The translations under genes and the position numbers were made by a program. A DNA stretch of 41,872 nucleotides from Acidimicrobiales bacterium (lineage in GTDB: Bacteria; Actinomycetota; Acidimicrobiia; Acidimicrobiales; VFJN01): assembly GCA_035693765.1 (NCBI GenBank), contig DASSGC010000144.1, positions 1-41,872 of the forward strand. The letters run 5' to 3'. This document shows positions 28,684 to 36,992 of this stretch, piece by piece. The notes under the pieces are model-generated. The model was not told where the DNA came from. It worked only from the letters and a program-made list of their open reading frames with translations, and did not search any database. Within the stretch, counting starts at the first letter, position 1; each line of letters begins with the position of its first letter.

Positions 28684-28738
28684 GCCGGGGCGCGGGTGCC
28701 GGGGCGCGGGGCCGGGGCGCGGGTGCCGGGCGGCGGGT
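28684..28738. repeat. About 4 tandem copies of GCCGGGGCGCGGGT (G-run-rich on the + strand)
   Basis: Read directly from the sequence. It fills the convergent gap between the two DUF2510 genes. Confidence 0.7.
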
Positions 28739-29460
28739 CAGGAACCGCCCGAGAACCGGGCGACGACGAACGGCAGCAGCACGATGTTCCACTGCAGCCG
28801 GGACGACAGCAGTTTCCGCTGGGGCTTCCCCGCACGTCCGTGGGTGAGCACGCAGAGCGCACCGCCGCTGTCGACCTCGGTGCCGGTGATCTCGGTCCAC
28901 GGGACGACCTTCGCGAACCGCCCGCTGTGCCTGAGCCCCTCGGGGCTGACGACGATGCCGCCGAACGTGACCGAGCCCCCGGCGGCGACCGTGGCGACCG
29001 CCTGGTCGACGATCCGCCGGCACGCGGTCGCCGTCAGCAGGTCGACGAGCCCCGTCCAGGCCGCGCGGAGCTCCTCGATCCGCTCGTCGGTCGACCCGCT
29101 GTCGAAGGTGAACTTGTCGGTCGTGTCGCCCTGGCCCAGCTTCATGCTGAACTTGGTGCCCCAGTAGGAGCCGTTGACCCAGCGGGCGACGCTCTCGAAG
29201 GCGACCCGGTCGACGGCGTCGAGGGCGAACGTGTGGCTCTTGGACGGATCCGGCCTGACGAACGCGATCCGGTCGCCGTCGGCGACGACCTCGAGACCCT
29301 TGACGGCCACGCGCACGAGGGTCGCGGCCTGCACCGCGCCGGTGTCGGGCGGTGGTGCGGGCCGGTCAGCGGCACGCACGTGTTCCGTCCACCGCTCGCC
29401 GTCCCACCACCGCAGCACGCCCGCGTCGTCCCCGTCCGGATACCAGCCTGCTTCCGCCAT
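28738..29460 (-). CDS. DUF2510 N-terminal domain protein with soluble PH-like C-terminal region
   Basis: From the ATG at 29460: MAEAGWYPDGDDAGVLRWWDGERWTEHV. This N-terminus is nearly identical to that of the convergent neighbour. Confidence 0.8.
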   Translation of the reverse strand: MAEAGWYPDGDDAGVLRWWDGERWTEHVRAADRPAPPPDTGAVQAATLVRVAVKGLEVVADGDRIAFVRPDPSKSHTFALDAVDRVAFESVARWVNGSYWGTKFSMKLGQGDTTDKFTFDSGSTDERIEELRAAWTGLVDLLTATACRRIVDQAVATVAAGGSVTFGGIVVSPEGLRHSGRFAKVVPWTEITGTEVDSGGALCVLTHGRAGKPQRKLLSSRLQWNIVLLPFVVARFSGGS

Positions 29461-29570
29461 GGCGCCAACGCTAGGGCCACACCGGCCGGTTCTACCGTCA
29501 CCCTCGGCAGGGTGCGCGACCACGCACCGAGGTCACGCGCCCGGCCCGGCCGGTCCACCGGGCGAGCGGA

Positions 29571-29834
29571 CTAGCGCGTCGGCAGACCGAACATCTCCGG
29601 CCAGGCGACGACGATGCCGATCGCGGCGGCCGCGAGCAGCGCGCCGACCGGCCAGGCCGCGACCGCGACGTAGGCCGCCATCACGAGCACGGGGAGCCAC
29701 GTCCAGTGGCGGGCCACGAGCTCGGCCGCCGCCGGGTGGCGCCGCCCGAGCACGGCGACCGCGGCGACGCGCGCGGCGAAGGCGATGACGACGAGGGCCA
29801 GGAGCAGGGCCACGCCGACCGCGAAGGCAGGCAC
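29571..29834 (-). CDS. Small hydrophobic membrane protein (87 aa)
   Basis: GC at third codon positions is very high throughout. There are 3 predicted TM helices and I recognise no family. Confidence 0.55.
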   Translation of the reverse strand: MPAFAVGVALLLALVVIAFAARVAAVAVLGRRHPAAAELVARHWTWLPVLVMAAYVAVAAWPVGALLAAAAIGIVVAWPEMFGLPTR

Positions 29835-29986
29835 GGCGCCAGTCTACGGAGCGCCGGTCGCCGAGGTCGTCGCCCGGCCGCCGCGGCCGGTCGGGCTCTC
29901 GGGTGAGCGGCGATGACGCCGAGACCGGCCCGGGGCCGACCGGGCGGAGCCGGACAGGGTCGCGCCGACCAGCGACGTGTCCCGGC

Positions 29987-30955
29987 TCACCCGGAGCCAG
30001 GACGACTGCCGGCGGCCCGGCGGTAGCGGTCCGCGAGCCGGTCGAACGCCTGGGCGAGCTCGGGGTTGTCGAGCACGTCGACGTCGACGTCCAGCAGCCC
30101 GAGGTAGAGCGCCAGCATGTGCGGTGTGTCCGATCCCACCTCCGCCACGCAGCTCCCTGCGTCGACGGGCTCGACCGCCACCGCGAGCGGTAGCTGCCGG
30201 GCGACCTGCTCGGCCGGGGCGCGGATCAGGACCCGGGCCCGGTAGCGCCAGGTTGCCGCACCGACGCCGCGCTGCACGAGGGCCGCCACGTCGTCGTCCG
30301 GGAGCCGGCGGGGGGTGAACCTCGGCCCGGTGGATCGGGGGCGCGAGAGCCGGTCCACGCGGAAGGTCCGCCAGCCGGCCCGGTCGGTGTCCCAGGCGAC
30401 GAGGTACCAGCGGCGGCCCCAGCTCACCAGCCGGTGCGGCTCGGCGGCCCGGCGGCCGGTGGGTCCGTCGTGGGTGGTGTAGTCGAACCGGAGTTGCTCG
30501 TTGGCCCGGATCGCCGTGGCGATCACGGTCAGGACCTCGGCGTCGACGGTGGGCCCGGCGCCCGGAAGGGTGACCGTGGCGCCGTGCACCGCACCGACCC
30601 GGTGCCGCAGCCGGGACGGCAGCACCTGTTCCAGCTTGGCCAGGGCCCGGACCGAGCTCTCCTCGATCCCGGCCACGGTGCCCCCGGCGCAGCTCCGCAG
30701 CCCGATCGCGACCGCCACCGCCTCGTCGTCGTCCAGCAGCAGCGGGGGCAGCGCCGCCCCGGCGCCGAGCCGGTAGCCGCCGGCGACGCCCGGTGTCGCG
30801 TGCACGGGGTAGCCCAGGTTGCGCAGGCGCGTGATGTCCGCGCGGACCGTCCGGGTGGTCACGCCGAGCCGCTCCGCCAGGGCCGGCCCGGTCCAGCCGG
30901 GGCGCGCCTGGAGCAGGGAGAGCAGCCGGAGCAGCCGTGCGGAGGTTGTCAGCAT
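29987..30955 (-). CDS. YafY-family HTH-WYL-WCX transcriptional regulator
   Basis: From the ATG at 30955: MLTTSARLLRLLSLLQARPGWTGPALAERLGVTTRTVRADITRLRNLGYPV. The WYL core reads PHRLVSWGRRWYLVAWDTDRAGWRTFRVDRL. Confidence 0.9.
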   Translation of the reverse strand: MLTTSARLLRLLSLLQARPGWTGPALAERLGVTTRTVRADITRLRNLGYPVHATPGVAGGYRLGAGAALPPLLLDDDEAVAVAIGLRSCAGGTVAGIEESSVRALAKLEQVLPSRLRHRVGAVHGATVTLPGAGPTVDAEVLTVIATAIRANEQLRFDYTTHDGPTGRRAAEPHRLVSWGRRWYLVAWDTDRAGWRTFRVDRLSRPRSTGPRFTPRRLPDDDVAALVQRGVGAATWRYRARVLIRAPAEQVARQLPLAVAVEPVDAGSCVAEVGSDTPHMLALYLGLLDVDVDVLDNPELAQAFDRLADRYRRAAGSRPGSG

Positions 30956-30974
30956 GGCGGAAGTCTCGCAGCGG

Positions 30975-30997
30975 TTGCGGAAGGGGACGTTCCGCAA
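30975..30997. promoter_or_regulatory. Operator candidate TTGCGGAA-N7-TTCCGCAA (proximal to the WYL regulator)
   Basis: Perfect 8-bp arms, 19 nt from the regulator start codon. Confidence 0.6.
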
Positions 30998-31111
30998 GCC
31001 CGCACGGCCGGAGAATCTCGGGACCGCGGACAACCGGTCGGCGGCCTCAGGTGTCAGGGGTGTGATGACACGCATGACGAGTGAAGATCCGCGCCCGGGA
31101 GCTCCCGCACA

Positions 31112-31134
31112 TCGCGGAACGATCCCTTCCGCAA
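31112..31134. promoter_or_regulatory. Operator candidate TCGCGGAA-N7-TTCCGCAA (proximal to the epoxide hydrolase)
   Basis: Same motif and spacing as 30975-30997, 20 nt from the hydrolase ATG. Confidence 0.6.
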
Positions 31135-31154
31135 CGGTTCCTACGGTCGGTGCC

Positions 31155-32342
31155 ATGACGCACGACACCCGTGATCCGAACGCCATCCGCCCGTTCCGCA
31201 TCGACGTCCCGGAGTCGGCGGTGGACGACCTGCGGCGCCGGCTGGCCGACACCCGGTGGCCCGACGACGCGCCGGGCGACCCCGCAGCCGCGGGCTGGGA
31301 GCGCGGCGTCCCGGCCGGCTACCTGCGGGACCTCGCGGACTACTGGCAGTCCTCGTACGACTGGCGCGCCCAGGAGGCCGGGCTCAACTCCTGCGACCAG
31401 TTCACGACCGAGATCGACGGCCAGACCATCCACTTCCTGCACGTGCGGTCGCCGGAGCCGGATGCGCTGCCGTTGCTGATCACGCACGGGTACCCGAGCT
31501 CGGTGGTCGAGTTCGCCGAGCTGGTCGGCCCCCTCACCGATCCGCGGTCCGCCGGCGGCGACCCCGCCGAGGCCTTCCACGTGGTGGTGCCGTCGCTGCC
31601 CGGGTTCGGGTTCTCGACCCCGGTGCGCGACACCGGCTGGGAGCTGGGCCGGACCACCGCGGCGTTCGCCGAGCTCATGCGGCGGCTCGGCTACGACCGG
31701 TACGGCGCGCACGGCGGCGACATCGGCGCCGGGATCACGGGCCGGTTGGGCGCCACCGAGCCCGACCACGTCGTCGGCACCCACGTCGTGAGCGACCCGG
31801 GGTCGCTCGGCCTCGCCGGTGAGCACATCCCGGTGCCCGACGACCTCACCGAGGCCGAGCAGGCCCGGCTGCAGCAGGCCCGCGACGCCTGGACGGCCGA
31901 GCGCGGCTACCTCGACCTGCAGTCGCACCGGCCGCAGACGATCGGGTTCGCCCTCACCGACTCGCCGGTCGGCCAGCTCGCCTGGATCACCGAGAAGTTC
32001 CAGACCTGGACCAACCCCGCGGCGGCCACCCCCGACGAGGCGGTCGGTCGCGACCGGCTGCTGACGAACGTCAGCCTCTACTGGTTCACCCGCACCGGGG
32101 CGACGGCCGCCCAGTTCCTCTACGAGACCGCCCACTCCGGGCTGGACTGGGTTGCGCCGTCGGGCGTCCCCGCCGGCTGGGCCGTGTTCAACACCGACCC
32201 GCTGCTGCGGCGCGTCCTCGATCCTGACCACCGGATCGAGCACTGGTCCGAGTTCGCCGAAGGCGGGCACTTCGCGGGCATGGAGGCGCCGGACCTGCTG
32301 GTCGGCGACCTGCGAGCGTTCTTCCGTAGCGTCAGGGCATGA
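31155..32342 (+). CDS. Epoxide hydrolase (microsomal-type, EHN N-terminal domain + alpha/beta hydrolase)
   Basis: IRPFRIDVPESAVDDLRRRLADTRWPD..., HGYP oxyanion motif (LLITHGYPSS) and nucleophile elbow GAHGGDIGAG. Confidence 0.92.
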   Translation: MTHDTRDPNAIRPFRIDVPESAVDDLRRRLADTRWPDDAPGDPAAAGWERGVPAGYLRDLADYWQSSYDWRAQEAGLNSCDQFTTEIDGQTIHFLHVRSPEPDALPLLITHGYPSSVVEFAELVGPLTDPRSAGGDPAEAFHVVVPSLPGFGFSTPVRDTGWELGRTTAAFAELMRRLGYDRYGAHGGDIGAGITGRLGATEPDHVVGTHVVSDPGSLGLAGEHIPVPDDLTEAEQARLQQARDAWTAERGYLDLQSHRPQTIGFALTDSPVGQLAWITEKFQTWTNPAAATPDEAVGRDRLLTNVSLYWFTRTGATAAQFLYETAHSGLDWVAPSGVPAGWAVFNTDPLLRRVLDPDHRIEHWSEFAEGGHFAGMEAPDLLVGDLRAFFRSVRA

Positions 32343-33442
32343 CCCGGTTGCCGGTGCTCGGGCAGCGTGCGCTCAACCGGGCGCTGCTCGGGCGGCAGCA
32401 CCTGCTCCGGCGGGCCGCCATGCCCGCGGTCGAGATGATCGAGCACCTCGTCGGCCTGCAGGCGCAGGCGCCGCTGGCGCCCTATGTCGGGCTGTGGAGC
32501 CGGTTGGGCGGCTTCGACGCGGACGAGCTGGCCGGCCTGGCCACGTCGCGCCAGGTCGTACGCGCCTCGCTGATGCGCAACACCGTCCACCTGGTCAGCG
32601 CCCCTGACTGCCTGGCGATCCGCCCGCTGGTGCAACCGGTCGTGTCGCAGGGGTTCGCCGGCCACTTCGGTCGGGCGATGGGCGGTGTCGACGTCGAGGC
32701 GGTGGTGGCGGCCGGGCGGGAGCTGCTCGAACAGGAGTCGAGGACGCGGGCGCAGCTCCGCGAGCTGCTCGGCGCGCGCTGGCCGGACACGGACGCGGAC
32801 GCGCTCGCGTACGCCGTCAGCCATCTGGTGCCCGCCGCGCACGTGACGCCGCGCGGCGTGTGGGGCCGGACGGGCCCCGCGGCGCTGACGACGATCGAGT
32901 CCTGGCTCGGCCGGCCGCTCGAGCCCCGGCCGTCGATCGACGAGCTGGTGCGGCGGTACCTGCGCGCCTTCGGGCCCGCGACGGTGATGGACGTCCAGGC
33001 GTGGTGCGGGCTCACCCGGCTGCGCGAGGTCGTCGAGCGGGTGGGCCTGCGTGCGTACGTCGACGCCGCCGGCCACGACCTCTACGACGTCGCCGACGGG
33101 CCGCTGCCGGATCCCGAGACACCGGCACCGGTGCGGTTCCTGCCCGAGTACGACAACGTGCTGCTGTCCCACGCCGACCGCACCCGGGTGATCCCGGACG
33201 GCCGGCCGGTACCGCTCCCGCCCGGCAACGGCGCCTCGGCGGGCACGGTCCTGGTCGACGGTGTCTTCGCCGCGACGTGGCGTGTCCGTCGCCAGCGCCG
33301 GTCCGCCGCGCTGACCGTCGAGCCGTTCGCCGGGCTCTCGACGGCGGCCCACGCGGAGCTCGTCGACGAGGGCGGCCGGCTGCTCTCCTTCGTGGCTCCC
33401 GATGCCGAGGCGGGCGACGTGCGCGTGGTCGCGGCGGCGTAG
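32339..33442 (+). CDS. Winged-helix YcaQ/AlkZ-family (HTH_42, DUF1006) DNA glycosylase, AlkZ-like QxQ subtype
   Basis: ATG overlaps the hydrolase stop (ATGA). The sequence reads NRALLGRQHLLRR...MIEHLVGLQAQAPLAPYVGLWSRL, with Q41-A42-Q43 at nt 32459-32467. VRASLMRNTVHLV and YLRAFGPATVMDVQAWCGL are typical of the family. Confidence 0.85.
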   Translation: MTRLPVLGQRALNRALLGRQHLLRRAAMPAVEMIEHLVGLQAQAPLAPYVGLWSRLGGFDADELAGLATSRQVVRASLMRNTVHLVSAPDCLAIRPLVQPVVSQGFAGHFGRAMGGVDVEAVVAAGRELLEQESRTRAQLRELLGARWPDTDADALAYAVSHLVPAAHVTPRGVWGRTGPAALTTIESWLGRPLEPRPSIDELVRRYLRAFGPATVMDVQAWCGLTRLREVVERVGLRAYVDAAGHDLYDVADGPLPDPETPAPVRFLPEYDNVLLSHADRTRVIPDGRPVPLPPGNGASAGTVLVDGVFAATWRVRRQRRSAALTVEPFAGLSTAAHAELVDEGGRLLSFVAPDAEAGDVRVVAAA

Positions 33443-33540
33443 CCCGGGCCCGGTCGCCCGGGCGCCCGGGATCCGGTTGCGGATGGTGGACGGACCCCGC
33501 AGGTCAGGGATCGCGGCGACGTCACGGGTGCCGGCGGGGG

Positions 33541-33810
33541 TCAGAACCTCGCGGTGTCCGGCATCTCGCCCGGCACTGTCACGGCGTCGCCGATGTCGGC
33601 GATGGCGCGGAGCGCCTGTCCGAGAGCGATCGGCCACGTGGCCAGGAGGAGGACGATCGGCCCGCCGAACAGCAGCACACCGGCGGTCTCCCAGCCCCCC
33701 TCGACCGAGATGGCCCACGATATGACGCCGAACCCCGCAGAGACGACGCCGACCACGCCGAGCAACATCAGCACCAAGGACCAGGTGCGCAACGTCTTGT
33801 AACGAGACAT
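33541..33810 (-). CDS. Small membrane protein (89 aa)
   Basis: AAGGGAGAG RBS upstream of the ATG at 33810. Two to three TM helices, and I recognise no family. Confidence 0.6.
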   Translation of the reverse strand: MSRYKTLRTWSLVLMLLGVVGVVSAGFGVISWAISVEGGWETAGVLLFGGPIVLLLATWPIALGQALRAIADIGDAVTVPGEMPDTARF

Positions 33811-33955
33811 CTGCTCTCCCTTCTGCCGTTCCCGGCTGCAGACCCGCCACGGACGACACCGTCATCGACGTCGACGGCGTCCCCGACCGTAGGGGTGGAC
33901 CTCATGCGGGGCGTCACCCCGGGAGGGTGACGTCGCACGGCGGGCGCGCAACGAC

Positions 33956-33990
33956 GTCAGGGCCCACCCGCGACGCGGGTGGGCCCTGAC
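33956..33990. terminator. Perfect 17-bp-arm hairpin
   Basis: GTCAGGGCCCACCCGCG-a-CGCGGGTGGGCCCTGAC lies 13 nt past the stop (34003) of the PLDc_N/SHOCT gene. Confidence 0.6.
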
Positions 33991-34002
33991 GGGTTGGCCA
34001 GG

Positions 34003-34398
34003 TCACGCGGCGATCTTGGCCTTCATGTGCTGGAACTCCTCGTCGGTGATGACACCGTCGGCCCGCAGCGTGGCGAGCTTGGCCAGCTGGTCGACCTCGC
34101 TCGTGGGCGATGTGGCGGCCTCCTGGACGTACTGCCGGAACGCTTCGTCGCGACGGCGAGCGTCCTCGATGGCATGCTCGCTCATCTTGCCGCCGCGAGC
34201 GATCAGGTACACGAACACACCGAGGTACGGGAAGACGATCACGAAGACCGACCAGGCGGCCTTCGCCCATCCGGACAGCTCATGGCTCCTGAAGATGTCG
34301 GCGAAGACCGCGAACAGCAGCCAGACCCAGATGACGAACAGGGTGAAGTAGAGCATCGACAGGAAGACCTGACCGGTGCCAAATTCTGCAAAGAACAT
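34003..34398 (-). CDS. PLDc_N (PLD-nuclease N-terminal) membrane domain fused to a SHOCT domain
   Basis: ATG at 34398 with AAAGGAG upstream. The sequence reads LFVIWVWLLFAVFADIFRSHELSGWAKAAWSVFVIVFPYLGVFVYLIARGGK. The C-terminal SHOCT reads LAKLATLRADGVITDEEFQHMKAKI. Confidence 0.85.
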   Translation of the reverse strand: MFFAEFGTGQVFLSMLYFTLFVIWVWLLFAVFADIFRSHELSGWAKAAWSVFVIVFPYLGVFVYLIARGGKMSEHAIEDARRRDEAFRQYVQEAATSPTSEVDQLAKLATLRADGVITDEEFQHMKAKIAA

Positions 34399-34736
34399 CT
34401 CATGCTCCTTTGGACTGGTCGATGGGGCGCACAGCACCCCTTCTAGGCGGAGTGTCTGCCGCGCCCGAACAGCCTGCGAGGGTCCTTCGGCAAGTTCCGG
34501 CAGGGTCGTGATGCCCCTGCGACGCCGGGCCCGGACGCGCCGTAGGCGAACGGCGGGGCCGTGCGCGGATCTTCTCGCCGAGATCATCCGCGCGGGGTGA
34601 GGCCGCGGCGGCGGAATTCCTGCACGGTGGGCCCCGAGCGCGTCGACGAGGAGGTCGGGAGCCCTATGGACGATGCCCACACACCCCGCGGGTCGCTCGG
34701 CCCGGGTGACGGTGCGCCCGGCCCGGAGCAGCACCG

Positions 34737-36122
34737 GTGACGACGTCCGCGGCCGAAGATGCCGCCGACGAGGTCGCGCGCCTCCGTGCGGAACGGGACG
34801 CGCTGCGGGCCGAGGTCGACAGCATGAGACGGAAGGAACGGCAGGGAGGTTGGTGGCGGCGGACCGTCGCCGCCCTGCTGGTGGCCCTCGCGTGTGTCGT
34901 GCTCGTGGCCGCGGTCGTCGGCATCTGGGCCCGCCGCAACTTCCTCGACACCGATCGCTTCGTCGACCGGGCCGGGCCGCTGATCGAGGAGCCGGCCGTG
35001 CAGCAGGCGCTGGCGGCGCGGCTGACCGAGCAGGTGATGACGCTGGTCGATCCGGAGGCCTTGTTCCAGGAGGCGCTGCCCGAGCGCGGTCAGATCCTCG
35101 CGGGGCCCCTGGCGGGCGCCGTGGAGGGCTTCATCGGGGATCAGGTCGAGACCTTCATGGCCTCGGAGGCGTTCGAGCGGCTGTGGGTGGGTGCCCTGGA
35201 GGTGGCGCACGGCACCGCGGTGAAGGTGCTGCGCGACGAGAGCGAGGTGGTGACCACGGAGGGCGGGCAGGTCACGTTGAACCTGCTGCCGATCATCAAC
35301 GCCGTGCTGGCGGAGATCACGGCCCAATCGCCCGAGATCCTCGGCCGGGAGGTCGACCTGCCCGACGTGACGGTCGAGGAGATCCCGGAGGCGGCGATCT
35401 CCCGCCTGGAGGACGCGCTGGGTGTCGAGCTCGGCGACGACTTCGGCCAGTTCACCGTCTACGACGAGGGCAAGCTCACCGCCGCCCAGGACGCGATCAG
35501 CCTGTTCGACCGTCTCGTCGTCCTGCTCCTGCCGCTGGGCGTCGTCCTCGCCGCGCTGGCGCTGTGGCTGTCGCGCCGGCGCCGGCGCACCCTGCTCCAG
35601 CTCGCCGGCGGTCTCGCGCTGGGCATGGTCCTGATCCGGCGGGTCGGGTTCCGGCTGCAGGACGAGATCGCGACCCTGCCACCGCGGCCCCAGGGACAGC
35701 GGTCGGCGAGCCTGGCGGCCGAGGCGTTCCTCCAACCGCTCACCACGTTCGGGGGCTGGGTGCTGGCCGGGGCGGCCGTCGTCGCGGCCGTGGCCGTGCT
35801 CACCGGCAACTACCCGTGGGTCGTGACGCTGCGGCGCCGTGCCGGTGTGGTGTGGGGGCAGGCAATCGCGGCGACCGGGGAGCGCGCCCGCGACGAGGCG
35901 ACGGTGGCGTGGATCACGGACCACCGCGACCCGCTCCTCGCCGCCGGCGGGGCCGTGGCGCTGGTGATCCTGTGGGCCGCCGATCTGTCCTGGTGGGGAC
36001 TGTTCGTGGTCTTCGCCCTGATCGCGGCGTACGAGGTGGTGGTGTACCGGATCGGCACGCCGCCGGAGGCGCCACCCGAGACACCGCCGCACCCGACCAC
36101 CGGGACGACCACGCCGGGATGA
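34737..36122 (+). CDS. Large membrane protein of unknown function (coiled-coil N-terminus, TM, about 230-aa loop domain, C-terminal TM bundle)
   Basis: 461 aa with GTG start. Codon bias is consistently high-GC3. I recognise no family. Confidence 0.7.
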   Translation: MTTSAAEDAADEVARLRAERDALRAEVDSMRRKERQGGWWRRTVAALLVALACVVLVAAVVGIWARRNFLDTDRFVDRAGPLIEEPAVQQALAARLTEQVMTLVDPEALFQEALPERGQILAGPLAGAVEGFIGDQVETFMASEAFERLWVGALEVAHGTAVKVLRDESEVVTTEGGQVTLNLLPIINAVLAEITAQSPEILGREVDLPDVTVEEIPEAAISRLEDALGVELGDDFGQFTVYDEGKLTAAQDAISLFDRLVVLLLPLGVVLAALALWLSRRRRRTLLQLAGGLALGMVLIRRVGFRLQDEIATLPPRPQGQRSASLAAEAFLQPLTTFGGWVLAGAAVVAAVAVLTGNYPWVVTLRRRAGVVWGQAIAATGERARDEATVAWITDHRDPLLAAGGAVALVILWAADLSWWGLFVVFALIAAYEVVVYRIGTPPEAPPETPPHPTTGTTTPG

Positions 36123-36150
36123 CCCCGATCCGTGACGAAGGAGACGACTG

Positions 36151-36600
36151 ATGACTGACATCGACATCGACGAGCTCGGTCCCATCGACTACGCCGTCAT
36201 CGAGTTCCCGGCCGACCGGCAACCGGACGGCTCCGCGTTGCCGCTCCTGTGGGACCTGGTCGACCGGGGGATCATCCGCCTGCTCGACCTGGCGTTCGTC
36301 CGCAAGGAGGCCGACGGCTCGATCGTCGGGATCGACATCGCGGATGTGGGGTTCGGGGGAGACCTCGACGTGACGCTGTTCGCCGAGGCGTCCTCCGGCC
36401 TGGTCGACAAGGACGACCTCGACGAGGCCGCGTCCGCCCTGGAGCCGGGATGCTCGGCGGCCGTCCTCGTCTACGAGAACACGTGGGCGGCACCGTTCGC
36501 GGTCGCCCTGCGGCGCAACGGCGCCCAGCTCGTGGCCGGAGGCCGCGTTCCGGTGCAGGCCATCCTCGCCACGCTCGACGCGCTCGATACCGAAGCCTGA
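36151..36600 (+). CDS. DUF6325-like protein
   Basis: LGPIDYAVIEFPAD...IIRLLDLAFVRKEADGSIVGIDI...LEPGCSAAVLVYENTWAAPFAVALRRNGAQLVAGGRVP matches my memory of DUF6325. That family is usually followed by a SHOCT gene. Confidence 0.75.
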   Translation: MTDIDIDELGPIDYAVIEFPADRQPDGSALPLLWDLVDRGIIRLLDLAFVRKEADGSIVGIDIADVGFGGDLDVTLFAEASSGLVDKDDLDEAASALEPGCSAAVLVYENTWAAPFAVALRRNGAQLVAGGRVPVQAILATLDALDTEA

Positions 36601-36623
36601 CCGAACCGACAGGAGGACGACCC

Positions 36624-36923
36624 ATGCCCGGACTCATCCGAGGAGTCGCTCGTACCGCCGTCGTCGCGGGCACCGCGACCGCCGTGTCGAACCGCGTCTC
36701 GCGGCGGCAGGGCAACCGGTGGGCGGCCCAGCAGCAGCCCACCTACGCGGAGCCCGCCTATGCGGAGCCCGCCTACGCGCCGCCGCCCCCGAGTGCCCCC
36801 ACACCCGGAGCGGGGGGCACCGACCGCATCGCCGCGTTGAAGGACCTTGCCGACCTCAAGGCGCAGGGCGTCCTGACCGACGCCGAGTTCGAAGCGGAGA
36901 AGGCCAAAATCCTCGCGTCGTGA
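36624..36923 (+). CDS. SHOCT-domain protein
   Basis: AGGAGGA RBS. It has a PTYAEPAYAEPAYAPPPP linker and a C-terminal IAALKDLADLKAQGVLTDAEFEAEKAKIL. Confidence 0.8.
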   Translation: MPGLIRGVARTAVVAGTATAVSNRVSRRQGNRWAAQQQPTYAEPAYAEPAYAPPPPSAPTPGAGGTDRIAALKDLADLKAQGVLTDAEFEAEKAKILAS

Positions 36924-36992
36924 CCGCCGTCCCGCGCGCATCCTCGCCTCCTGGCCGTCGATGCCGCGGCGGCGCGAACTACCGTTCGGGGC

